This document shows, one piece after another, positions 1-8,430 of a stretch of 64,000 nt of DNA (the stretch's first letter is position 1; every line of letters begins with the position of its first letter). The position numbers and the translations under genes were made by a program. The DNA comes from Vulcanimicrobiota bacterium (GTDB lineage: Bacteria; Vulcanimicrobiota; Vulcanimicrobiia; Eremiobacterales; Eremiobacteraceae), in the NCBI GenBank assembly GCA_963805945.1, contig CAWDVP010000002.1:320001-384000 (forward strand), given 5' to 3'. The notes beneath the pieces are model-generated. The model ran no database searches. It was not told the origin of the DNA and saw only the letters and a list, made by a program, of their open reading frames with translations.

Positions 1-448
1 AGGTCCACGAAAACGGCGCGTGGCGGGTCAAACGGCTCTACCAGCCCTGGAAGTCCTACGCCCCGAACGTAACGGACAACCAGAAGGGCGTCGATGTCAT
101 CGTCGATCGCGTCGAGTACTATGACAAGCGCGTCCGCTGGACTGCACCATCCGCAACTCGGGAACGATGCCCGTCCGGTGTTGCCCTCGGGCAAGACGAG
201 GCTGACCATCGGCGCCGGCGCGCCGATAGCCGCGATGAACGATCCGACGTTTCCGCTCAACGATGTCGCGTACTTCGAGGGATGCGGCTCGTGCCGCAAC
301 ACCAGGCGGTCAGGTTCGTCGACTTTCCGTTGACGGAGAAGAGAGACGAAGATCGGCAGCTCACGCTGATCGTCGCGCCTGCGATTGCGGACGCCGCCGA
401 GCAGACGTTCAGCGTCGGCGTGGGCCCATGCTCCTTCGGCGTCTGTAG
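1..448 (+). CDS. Hypothetical protein, 5'-truncated by window edge, several frameshifts
   Basis: Stitched frames read VHENGAWRVKRLYQPWKSYAPN...VIVDRVEYYDKRV / PSGKTRLTIGAG...FPLNDVAYFEG / MRLVPQHQAVRFVDFPL...GVGPMLLRRL*; stop TAG at 446-448. Confidence 0.5.
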
Positions 449-625
449 CGCCAGACGGTCCGCCAGGCGGGCCGAGGCGGCCCTGGCGGTACCGGAGGAG
501 ATGGCCGAAAGCCCTACGAACCACGTCGCTGGAGTCGGGTCGCCACACGCACCGCGCGGTCGAGCCGATTCGGGGCACTGCACGTACGTGTTGCTTCTTC
601 GGATCGGCGTACGAGAGGGCTGGCA

Positions 626-1137
626 ATGCAGGTATTGCGGCGGACAGGTCTTGCACTTGGCGCAGCGGCGACGCTTTCGCGATGACCGGATGCGGCGGCC
701 TCGGCGTCAAATTCGGGTCCGGTCCGAAAGGCTCGAGCGGCGTCGACCACGTCACCATCTTCGTGACCAGCGGCGTCAACGTCCCCACCGTCAATCGCGA
801 CGTTCGCTCGCGCTGACGTGCGTGGCCTATGACGTCCGCGGTTATATCTCGACCACGCAGAGCTGTATATCGTCCACGTCATTCCCCGAATGCAGCGATG
901 GTCGTGCTCGGATTCATCCTCGGTCGGCGTGCGGCGGCATCTTGGTCTTCCTCGACCCGTCATGCGTCGCGCCGACGCCGGTCAACGTCACGGTCGACCC
1001 CAGCACGTTCATCGTGACGGTGTCGACGAAGTCCGCCACGCAGGAGTCTGCCGTGCTGGGCGAGTCGCCGGGGCACCCAGGCGCTCAACGCGACCGTCTC
1101 CGGCATCACGGGGACCGTGACGGTCACGGTCGATTAG
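626..1137 (+). CDS. Putative lipoprotein with Ig-like (Big_2-like) fold, copy 1, frameshifted
   Basis: SD-like GAGAGGG then ATG 626: MQVLRRTGLALGAAATL/FAMTG-CGG (lipobox-like). Continues VDHVTIFVTSGVNVPTV..LALTCVAYDVRG.. and ends ALNATVSGITGTVTVTVD* (TAG 1135-1137). Confidence 0.55.
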
Positions 1138-1168
1138 ACGTCGGATTTCGGCGTTCTCTTCGAGAAGT

Positions 1169-1196
1169 AGGCCGGCGGCGACCGGCCTCTTTTTTT
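1169..1196 (+). terminator. Rho-independent terminator
   Basis: AGGCCGG-CGGCGA-CCGGCCT hairpin followed by CTTTTTTT. Confidence 0.85.
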
Positions 1197-1407
1197 CGGC
1201 TCGATCAGCCTCGCTTGCTGTCGAGGCAGGCGCGGCCGCCGTGGACGTACCACGAGTACAAACAGCAGCGCCGGAGATCGCTGAAAGCCCTACAGAACCG
1301 CGTCGCTGAAGCCGGTCCACACACGTATCGCGCGGTCGAGCCATTCGGGGCGGCGCAGACGGCGTGCTTCAGCTTCTTTGTCGGATCGGCGTACGAAAGG
1401 ACTGGCG

Positions 1408-1882
1408 ATCCAGGTGTTCCGGCGGACAGTTGTTGTCACTGGCGCCACGGGGGGAGTTTTCGCGCTCGCCGGATGCGGCGGTCTTCGACGTGGATACTCA
1501 GGTCCGGTCCGAAGGGCTCGAGCGGCGTCGACCACGTCAGCATGTTCGTGACAGCGGCGTCAACATCCCCACCGTCGATCATGGTTTGCCGCTCGCGCTG
1601 ACGTGCGTGGCCTATGACGTCCGCGGTTACATCTCGACGACGCAGGGCTGCATATGGTCCACGGCGGGCCTCCGCGGGGGCATCTTGGTCTTCCTCGACC
1701 CGCGATGCGCTCGCCCGTGCCGTTCACTGTCACAAACGACCCGGTCGACCCAGCATTTCATCGGCACGACAAAGGGCGCGACACAGGATAGTCTGCGTCC
1801 TGGGCGTCGCCGGGGGAACCCAGGCGCTGCGACGCCACGGTTTCCGGCATCACCGGCAGGGTCGACGGTCACGGTAAATTCG
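1408..1882 (+). CDS. Putative lipoprotein with Ig-like fold, copy 2, frameshifted
   Basis: SD GAAAGGA then ATC 1408 or GTG 1414: (I)QVFRRTVVVTGATGGVFALAG-CGG; SGVNIPTVDHGLPLALTCVAYDVRGYISTTQGCIWST; end position approximate. Confidence 0.5.
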
Positions 1883-1913
1883 ACGTCGGATTCCGGCGTT
1901 CACTTCAAGAAGC

Positions 1914-1941
1914 AGGCCGGCGGCGACCGGCCTCTTTTTTT
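1914..1941 (+). terminator. Rho-independent terminator (identical to 1169-1196)
   Basis: AGGCCGG-CGGCGA-CCGGCCT followed by CTTTTTTT. Confidence 0.85.
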
Positions 1942-1974
1942 CGGCTCTCGCCTAGATCGACCCGCGCTCAGATA

Positions 1975-3628
1975 ATCATCGACTTCTCGCGCTTGCCGCC
2001 GTCGCAACGGCAAGCCCGCTGGCGTCACCGACAGCGACGCCCTCCCCACGCCCGCCCCCACACCCGTGCCGCGCCCGGCGGCGGTCGCCATCATATCGCG
2101 TCTCGCACCGGCGCCCGTACCTCGAGAAGAGCGTGCGCACCGCGTAGTCGCGCTCGCCGCCCCCGACACGATCGCGCCGCTGCACGCGCTGCACGCGCAT
2201 CCGCGCGCGCGCTTCTCGATGGCGCTCGACGCCGATGCGCTCGACGGTCTCGCGCATGCGGCCGTCGGCGGCGGCGTGCTCGAAGAGATGGCCGCTCGTC
2301 ATCTGCACCGGCGACGTGCGCGTCGACGATCTGCTGCGATCCTCTCGCAGGTGCCCAGCATGAGCGCCGGCCTCGCGAACACGCCGGCGGCACGACGTAT
2401 ACGCGCTAGCGGCGGGCGCGCCGCTCGCGTTCTCCGGACAACGCGCGGCGCGCTTCACCGACGCCGACTCGTCGACTTCGCGGGTTCGCCGCGATCGCGC
2501 CGCTCGCCGACGCCGGCGCGCTGCGCAGACCTCACCGCTGCTGAGAAAAGCTCGCTAGGAGCGCCGAGCCAGCCGCTGCGGAGCCAGCTCGCCGCGCTCG
2601 ACGCGGGGATCCTCGACGGGCTCAAGACCGCCGCCGCTCTGGGCAGCCCGACCGGCTCGCGGACCCAGCGGAGAACCGATCCTGCCGTTGTTCATCGACG
2701 GCGGCGGCAAGAGCGGCGCGTTCGTCGTGCTCGTCGAGGCGGTGCGGACGCCGCGTATCAAGTGGACACCGCGATGCACGTCGTGAACCCCGGCGGCGGG
2801 GCGGTCGGCGTCTATTCGCCGCACGGCGCGTACGACGACAAGACGGCCGCGCTGCTCGAACAGCATCATGCGGCGTTCTGGCACTGTTCTCAGACCGCGT
2901 GCTCCGCTCGTCGCCGTCGAGCGGCTCCAGCGAAGCCGTCGCGGCGGCCGATGCTGCGGCGTTCCACGCGTACTGCTCGAGGCGGCCGAAGGCAAGCCGC
3001 TCATGACGCTGTTCTGGCATCAGGACGACGGCGCTTCGCTGTCCGTCCTGTCGACCAGACTGCCGGCGACCGCCATGGGCGCGCGCACCCTCGAATACGC
3101 CAAAGATGCCGGCGCCCGCAGCGGCGACGGCTCGATCCTCATCGTGCGCATCGAAGCTGACGGCCTGTGGAACCGCCGCGCCGACCGGCAGCAAGTCGTC
3201 GACGAGCTCGCCGCCGCGCTTGCATCCGGCGCGACGGAGTCGGTGACGATCGCCCAATACGTGCGCGAGCATCCGCCATCGACGCAGGCGTACGGCTTCG
3301 CGCCGGCGGCGGATGAAGGCGGCCTCTCCTATTGGATGGGGACGATCAATCAGGTGTCGATGTGGCGCGCGCTTGCGACCGCTCGCGTGGACGCCGGCGG
3401 CAATGGCGCGCTCGTGCGCGAGACGTCACGCCGGCCGTTGCTCGAGGCAGAGGCCTCGCACTGGTTCTTGGCGCCGCAGCTGCTCGCGCCGGCTTGGGAG
3501 ATCCAACACCAGCTCGACGGCTTCCGGCTCCTGATCGCCGACATCTATCGTGCGGCGGGACGTCCGGTGCCCCAGAACATCGCTCCGATGCGGGCAGAGC
3601 CCTCGCCGATCCTAGCCCGCGCCCTTAA
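1975..3628 (+). CDS. GH57-like glycoside hydrolase fold protein, degenerate, multiply frameshifted; ends approximate
   Basis: Stitched motifs PILPLFID, SYWMG, LLEAEASHWF, LDGFRLLIADIYRAAGRPVP resemble GH57 conserved regions; signal-like N-terminus and PT-rich linker (SPTATPSPTPAPTPVP). Confidence 0.55.
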
Positions 3629-3651
3629 TCGGCCGAAAAGGCAAACAAGCG

Positions 3652-3682
3652 TTCTCCACAGGAGCTGTGGATATGTGGAAAA
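3652..3682. promoter_or_regulatory. Cluster of three DnaA-box-like 9-mers
   Basis: TTCTCCACA 3652-3660, TGTGGATAT 3666-3674, TGTGGAAAA 3674-3682, compared with consensus TT(A/T)TNCACA. Confidence 0.5.
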
Positions 3683-3697
3683 CTCCGAAATAGCCCG

Positions 3698-4464
3698 ATG
3701 GCGACACGTTCGAAACCCCTGATCTGCAGCATCGGATCGACAGACCCGACCGCCGCCGCCGGCATCGGTCGCGACCTCATCGTCTACGAGCGACTCGGGG
3801 CGGTCGGGGTCTTCGCGGTCGCCGCCATCACGGCGCAGAACGCGCACGGCGTCTCGGCGTCGACGCCGTCGCGCCGCGCGTCTCGCGGCGCAGCTCAAAG
3901 CGGTCTGGCAACAGCATACGCCGAAGTCATCCGCATCGGCCTGCTCCCCGACGCGAAGCTGATCGCCGTGGTCGCCGCTTCGTGCGTTCGCTGCGCAAGC
4001 GACCGCCAATCGTGATCGATCCGGTGCTGTGCGCGAGTTCGGGCGCACGCTTTCTCGGTGCCGCGGAAGTGCGGGCGCTTGAGCGCTTGCTGCCGCTGGC
4101 GACCCTCGTCACGCCGAACGTCGCCGAAGCCGAGAAGCTCACCGGCCTGCGCATCCGCGACCTCGCGAGCGCCGAGCGCGCGGCCGTACGGCTGCACGAG
4201 CGCGGCTGCGCGGTGCTGCTCACGGGCGGTCACCTGCCTGGCGCGCGCGTCACCGATATCCTCGTCGATCACAGCGGACTGCGGCGCTTCAGCGCGCCGC
4301 GCATCGAGGCGCGCATGCGCGGCACCGGCTGCACGCTCGCCGCAGCGATCGCGGTCTTTCTCGCACAAGAGCTGCCGCTCGAGCAGGCGGTGTCGCGCGC
4401 CCGCAGCTTCGTACGGCGCGAACTGGAGGCGCAGCGCCGCGCGCGGCCAAAGGGACGCGCATGA
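3698..4464 (+). CDS. thiD: Hydroxymethylpyrimidine/phosphomethylpyrimidine kinase, frameshifted
   Basis: SIGSTDPTAAAGIGRDL, AITAQN, IVIDPV, LVTPNVAEAEKL, RGTGCTLAAAIA across ORFs 3698-4015 and 3982-4464. Confidence 0.9.
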
Positions 4465-5451
4465 CGACCGCGACTTCGAAGCGCCGGCGCATCATGGCGG
4501 GCATGCGCGTGTCCGGCAAACTGCACGTGGGCCATTGGCTGGGGCGCTGCAGAACTTCGTCGCGCTCACCGTCGACAACGACTGCTTCTACGAGATCGCC
4601 GACCTGCACGGCCTCACCACGAATTTCGCCCGCAGCAAAGAGATCGCCGGCGATGCGCGTGAGATGGCGATCGACTGGCTCGCGGCCGGGCTCGATCGAG
4701 GCGCTGCACCATCTTCGTGCAGTCGCGCGTGCCGGAGATCGCCGAGATGGCGCTGCTGCTGTCGATGATCGCGCCCGTGTCATGGCTCGAACGCGTGCCG
4801 ACCTACAAGGATCAGATCAACGCGCTCGGCGGCGACATCGCGACGCACGGCTTCCTCGGCTACCCCGTGCTGCAGACCGTGGACATCGTCGCCTTCAAGG
4901 GCCAGGGCGTGCCGGTCGGGCTGGATCAACTGCCGCATCTCGAGCTGTGCCGCGAGATCGTGCGCCGCTTCAACCACCTCTACGGCGAGGTGCTCGTCGA
5001 ACCGGAGGCGGTGCTGTCGAAGACGCCTGCGCTGCCGGGCCTCGACGGCCGCAAGATGAGCAAGTCCTACGACAACTCGATCTTGCTCTCCGACAGCGCC
5101 GCCGAGACGCTCGCGAAGGTCAAGACGATGATCACCGATCCGGCGAAGATCCATAAGGACGATCCCGGTCATCCCGAGATTTGCCCGGTGTTCACGTTCC
5201 AAGAGATCTTCAACGCCGGCAATGCCGCGGACATCGCACACCGCTGCCGGACCGGCAAGCTCGGGTGCGTCGCGGATAAGGCCGACATGGCCGAGCATCT
5301 CAACACAGCGCTGGCGCCGTTGCGCGAGAAGCGCCGCGAGATCGAAGCGCGGCCGAAGTATGTGGAAGAAGTGCTCGAGGCCGGAACGCAGCGTGCGCGC
5401 GAAGTGGCGCGCCAGACCCTCGCCGAAGTGAGAACCGCGATAGGGCTGTAA
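4461..5451 (+). CDS. trpS: Tryptophan--tRNA ligase, frameshifted near N-terminus
   Basis: GMRVSGKLHVGH (HIGH motif), IADLHGLT, GYPVLQTVDI, VPVGLDQLPHLEL, KMSKS. Confidence 0.95.
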
Positions 5452-5454
5452 GAG

Positions 5455-6530
5455 GTGCGCGGACGATCATCGCTGACTTCTCGTCGTGCTGACCTGCGTG
5501 GCGGCGGCGATGCTCGCGCCTTCAGGCACGCTCGCGGCCGGCGACCCGCGGGTCCAGATCAGCACGCCGCGAGACGGCCAGCAGTTCGAACCGGGCAGAT
5601 CGTGTCGGTGACCGTGACCGTTTCCGTGCCGGTGGGTGCTGGATTCCTCGGCGTCGGCGCTCCAGGCGTGGGAGTGCTGCAGGGCGTCGGCTATAATGGA
5701 TCCAGCTATCAGGCGCACTTCACGATCCCCGCAGAGTTCGCAGGCCCGCTCACGATGACGCCGTCGGTGATCACAACGGACGGCACGCCGATCGAAGGCA
5801 CGTCGGTGACTATCATCGTGCGAGCGGCCGGTCCGCCGTCGCGTCTGCGCCTGGTGGAGGCGACGTTCTTCTTGCGGCCATCGGCGTCCATGGAGAACAT
5901 CTACGTCCAGGGCGTATATCCGAACGGCATCGAGCGCGACCTGACGTCGTCCGTCACCGGGAACGACCTACCGATCGAGCGACCCGCAGGTCGTCAAGGT
6001 CGATGCGGAAGGAGCATGTCCGCGCCGTGGGCTGGGGCGCCGCGGTGGTGATCGTCAAGAACGGCGGTGCCAAAGCGTTCGCGACGGTGTGGGTCGAGGA
6101 CCCGGCCCAGCCGCTGCCGCCGGTCGACGTCACCGATCAACTCAGGGTCGAGCGTGTGCCGGCGCAGGTCACGGCCGTGGACCCGTCCGAGAGCGGCTAC
6201 GTCCAGACGCTGCGCATCAGCAATGCGAGCTCGATACCGATCCCAGGACGGCTCTATGTCGTGGTCTCAGACCTTCCGCCGAAGGCGGTCGTGACGGAAG
6301 CCGGCAGGACCAAACACGTCGAGCCGCTTGGGTCGCTGTACTTCTGGACCAGATTGCCGGACGGCCTCACGCTCCAGCCGGGCCAGAGCGCATCCGTCAG
6401 CCTGCACATGTATACGCTGACGAACACGCCCGTCGACTACACCGTGCGCGTCTTCCGCAGCTCGGTCGAGCCAGTGAGGGCTCGCTTGAGCGGCTCTGGT
6501 ACTTCGCGAGCACCGTCTTCAGGCGCGTGA
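5455..6530 (+). CDS. Secreted beta-rich/Ig-like domain protein, frameshifted
   Basis: Beta-strand-rich segments GQIVSVTVTVSVP, VQGVYPNGIERDLTSSVTG, VQTLRISNASSIPIPG, LQPGQSASVSL; ORFs 5455-6051 and 6003-6530. Confidence 0.5.
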
Positions 6531-6599
6531 GCGCTTCGTGCAGAAGCGGGCCTGGTACTTCGCAAGCACCGTCTTGAGCCGCTTGAGCGCCTCGCGCAG
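6496..6599. repeat. 48-bp imperfect direct repeat of the aminotransferase 3' end
   Basis: 6496-6543 and 6552-6599 encode LHEALTRLKTVLAKYQ and LREALKRLKTVLAKYQ on the minus strand. Confidence 0.8.
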
Positions 6600-7730
6600 G
6601 TTCTCTTCTGAATTCGCGTACGACAGCCGGATGAAGCCTTTGCCGTTCGGCCCGAACGTCGAGCCGCCGAGCACCGCGACGTTGCCTTCATCCAAGATGT
6701 AGGCGGCGAGTTTGATGTCGTCTTTCTCGATCGCCGACATGTTCGGGAACACGTAGAACGCGCCGCCCGGCATCTGGCAGGTCACGCCCGGGATCTCGTT
6801 GAGCCCCTTCACCAACAGCTCGCGGCGGCGCCGGAACTCTTCCTCCATGCGCTGCACCGGCCGGTCGTCGCAGTGGAGCGCCTTGACGCCCGCGTCCTGG
6901 ACGAAGGTCGCGGTGCATGAGACGGTGTTGAGCATGAGCGCGCCGACCGCGTCGGCGATGTACTTCGGATACACGCCGAAGCCCAGCCGCCAGCCCGTCA
7001 TCGCCCACGCCTTGGAGAATCCGTCGACCAAGATGGTGCGCTCCGGCATGCCCGCCAGCCCGTAGTACGAGGCGAAATCCGCGTCATAGCAGTGGCGGTT
7101 GTAGATCTCGTCCGTGATCACAAGGATGTCGTGCTTGCGCGAGATCGCGGCGATGCCTTCGATGTCCTCAGGCGTGAGGATGCCGCCGGTGGGATTGTGC
7201 GGCGAGTTGATCACCAAGATCTTCGTCTTGGGCGTCACCGCGGCTTCGAGCGTGTCGAGGTCGAGGCGGAACGCTTTCTTCTCGAGCAGCGGCACCGACA
7301 CGGGAACCGCGCCGACGTAGGTCACGATCGAACGGTACGCCGGATAGGCCGGATCGGGGATGATGACCTCATCGCCCGGATTGAGCAGCGCCATCAGCGT
7401 GAAGGCGATGGTCGGCTTCGCGCCTGGGCTCACCACCACCATGTCGCGCGTCACCTCGACGCCGCGCGTCCGCTTGACGTACTCCACGATCGCGTCGCGC
7501 AGTTCGGCGATGCCCGAGGCCGGCGTGTAGTGGGTGCGGTTTTCGCGGATCGAGGCGATGCCGGCTTCTTTGATGTCTTCGGGCGTGTCGAAGTCCGGCT
7601 CGCCGATCTCCAGATGGATGATGTTGCGCCCTTGCGCCTCGAGCGCTCTGGCCCGCGCGAGCACCACGAAGGCGCTCTCGGTGCCCAAACGGCTCATCGA
7701 AGCGGCGAGCGGGAATTGCGTCGTCTGCAT
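6519..7730 (-). CDS. PLP-dependent aminotransferase class I/II (aspartate aminotransferase-like)
   Basis: GEPDFDTP, NSPHNPTG, DEIY, FSKAWAMTGWRLG, GAFYVFPN. Confidence 0.95.
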   Translation of the reverse strand: MQTTQFPLAASMSRLGTESAFVVLARARALEAQGRNIIHLEIGEPDFDTPEDIKEAGIASIRENRTHYTPASGIAELRDAIVEYVKRTRGVEVTRDMVVVSPGAKPTIAFTLMALLNPGDEVIIPDPAYPAYRSIVTYVGAVPVSVPLLEKKAFRLDLDTLEAAVTPKTKILVINSPHNPTGGILTPEDIEGIAAISRKHDILVITDEIYNRHCYDADFASYYGLAGMPERTILVDGFSKAWAMTGWRLGFGVYPKYIADAVGALMLNTVSCTATFVQDAGVKALHCDDRPVQRMEEEFRRRRELLVKGLNEIPGVTCQMPGGAFYVFPNMSAIEKDDIKLAAYILDEGNVAVLGGSTFGPNGKGFIRLSYANSEENLREALKRLKTVLAKYQARFCTKRSRA

Positions 7731-7816
7731 AGCGCTCTCGAGTTTCGGGAGCCCGAAAGAATGTCCCTAGTGTCGCGGTTGTCGCTAGTCGTGGACGGCT
7801 GTTGCCCGCGGGGCGC

Positions 7817-8419
7817 CTACGCGCCGGGCTGCGTTTCCTCGCCCTGCATTGCGCTATCTTCCGTGGCGCGCGCCTCCCGGAGGCGTTGCCGCGCATTCAC
7901 CTGATCAAAGCCGAGTTTCTGCGCCCGCTTTATGACACCCTCATAAAGATGTTCGAAATGATCCCAAAGCTTCGGGTTCAGCGCGCGCCGATGCACCGCC
8001 ACCACGTCTGCCAGACCCTCCCACGTATCGATCACCCGGCCTGAAGCGAGGTGATGGATGAGTTCGGCATCGAGAAGCTCTTGCTCGACGTACATGCCGA
8101 CCCGCTCGAACGTCCTCAAGATGACCAACTCTTTGTGCACGTTCTCATCGGCGCGGCCGACGATTTCGAGCTCCTTGCGGAACTTCGGATCGCTCATCCG
8201 TTCCGGTAATTCGTTGAGGACGAAGCGCCGCGCATCGAGGAACGTCGGGCTGGCGAGCTCGGCGAAGATGACGTTGGCGGCGTCGAGTTGCGACGCACGC
8301 CGAAGCTGGCGAAGCTGGTCGACCGTTGTCCGCAGCTGATGCCATCCGACGACGACGGTGAAGAAGATGACCAGGCCGGTGAAGACCGTGCCGATCGCGG
8401 TGACCGCTTCCCAATTCAC
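7817..8419 (-). CDS. Hypothetical membrane-anchored protein (DUF4760-like)
   Basis: SD AGGAGG then GTG 8419; N-terminal TM helix NWEAVTAIGTVFTGLVIFFTVVVGWHQL; FERVGMYVEQELLD, WDHFEHL. Confidence 0.65.
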   Translation of the reverse strand: MNWEAVTAIGTVFTGLVIFFTVVVGWHQLRTTVDQLRQLRRASQLDAANVIFAELASPTFLDARRFVLNELPERMSDPKFRKELEIVGRADENVHKELVILRTFERVGMYVEQELLDAELIHHLASGRVIDTWEGLADVVAVHRRALNPKLWDHFEHLYEGVIKRAQKLGFDQVNARQRLREARATEDSAMQGEETQPGA

Positions 8420-8430
8420 GCCACCCTCCT

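Larger units (their letters stand above)
493..1203 (+). repeat. Tandem duplicated unit, copy 1 (leader + lipoprotein gene + terminator)
   Basis: Colinear similarity to 1271-1946, with shared blocks GAAAGCCCTAC, CGCGCGGTCGAGCC, GCTCGAGCGGCGTCGACCACGTCA, CGCTCGCGCTGACGTGCGTGGCCTATGACGTCCGCGGTTA and an identical terminator. Confidence 0.9.
1271..1946 (+). repeat. Tandem duplicated unit, copy 2
   Basis: Diverged colinear copy of 493-1203; lacks about 40 bp present in copy 1 near 880-925. Confidence 0.9.

Noticed and set aside
493..1946. Repeat pair as a CRISPR array or DGR template/variable repeat
   Set aside because: Only two long copies with no spacers; differences are not adenine-specific; no cas gene or reverse transcriptase in the window
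3640..3700. oriC
   Set aside because: Only three boxes, no AT-rich unwinding region, and no dnaA/dnaN nearby
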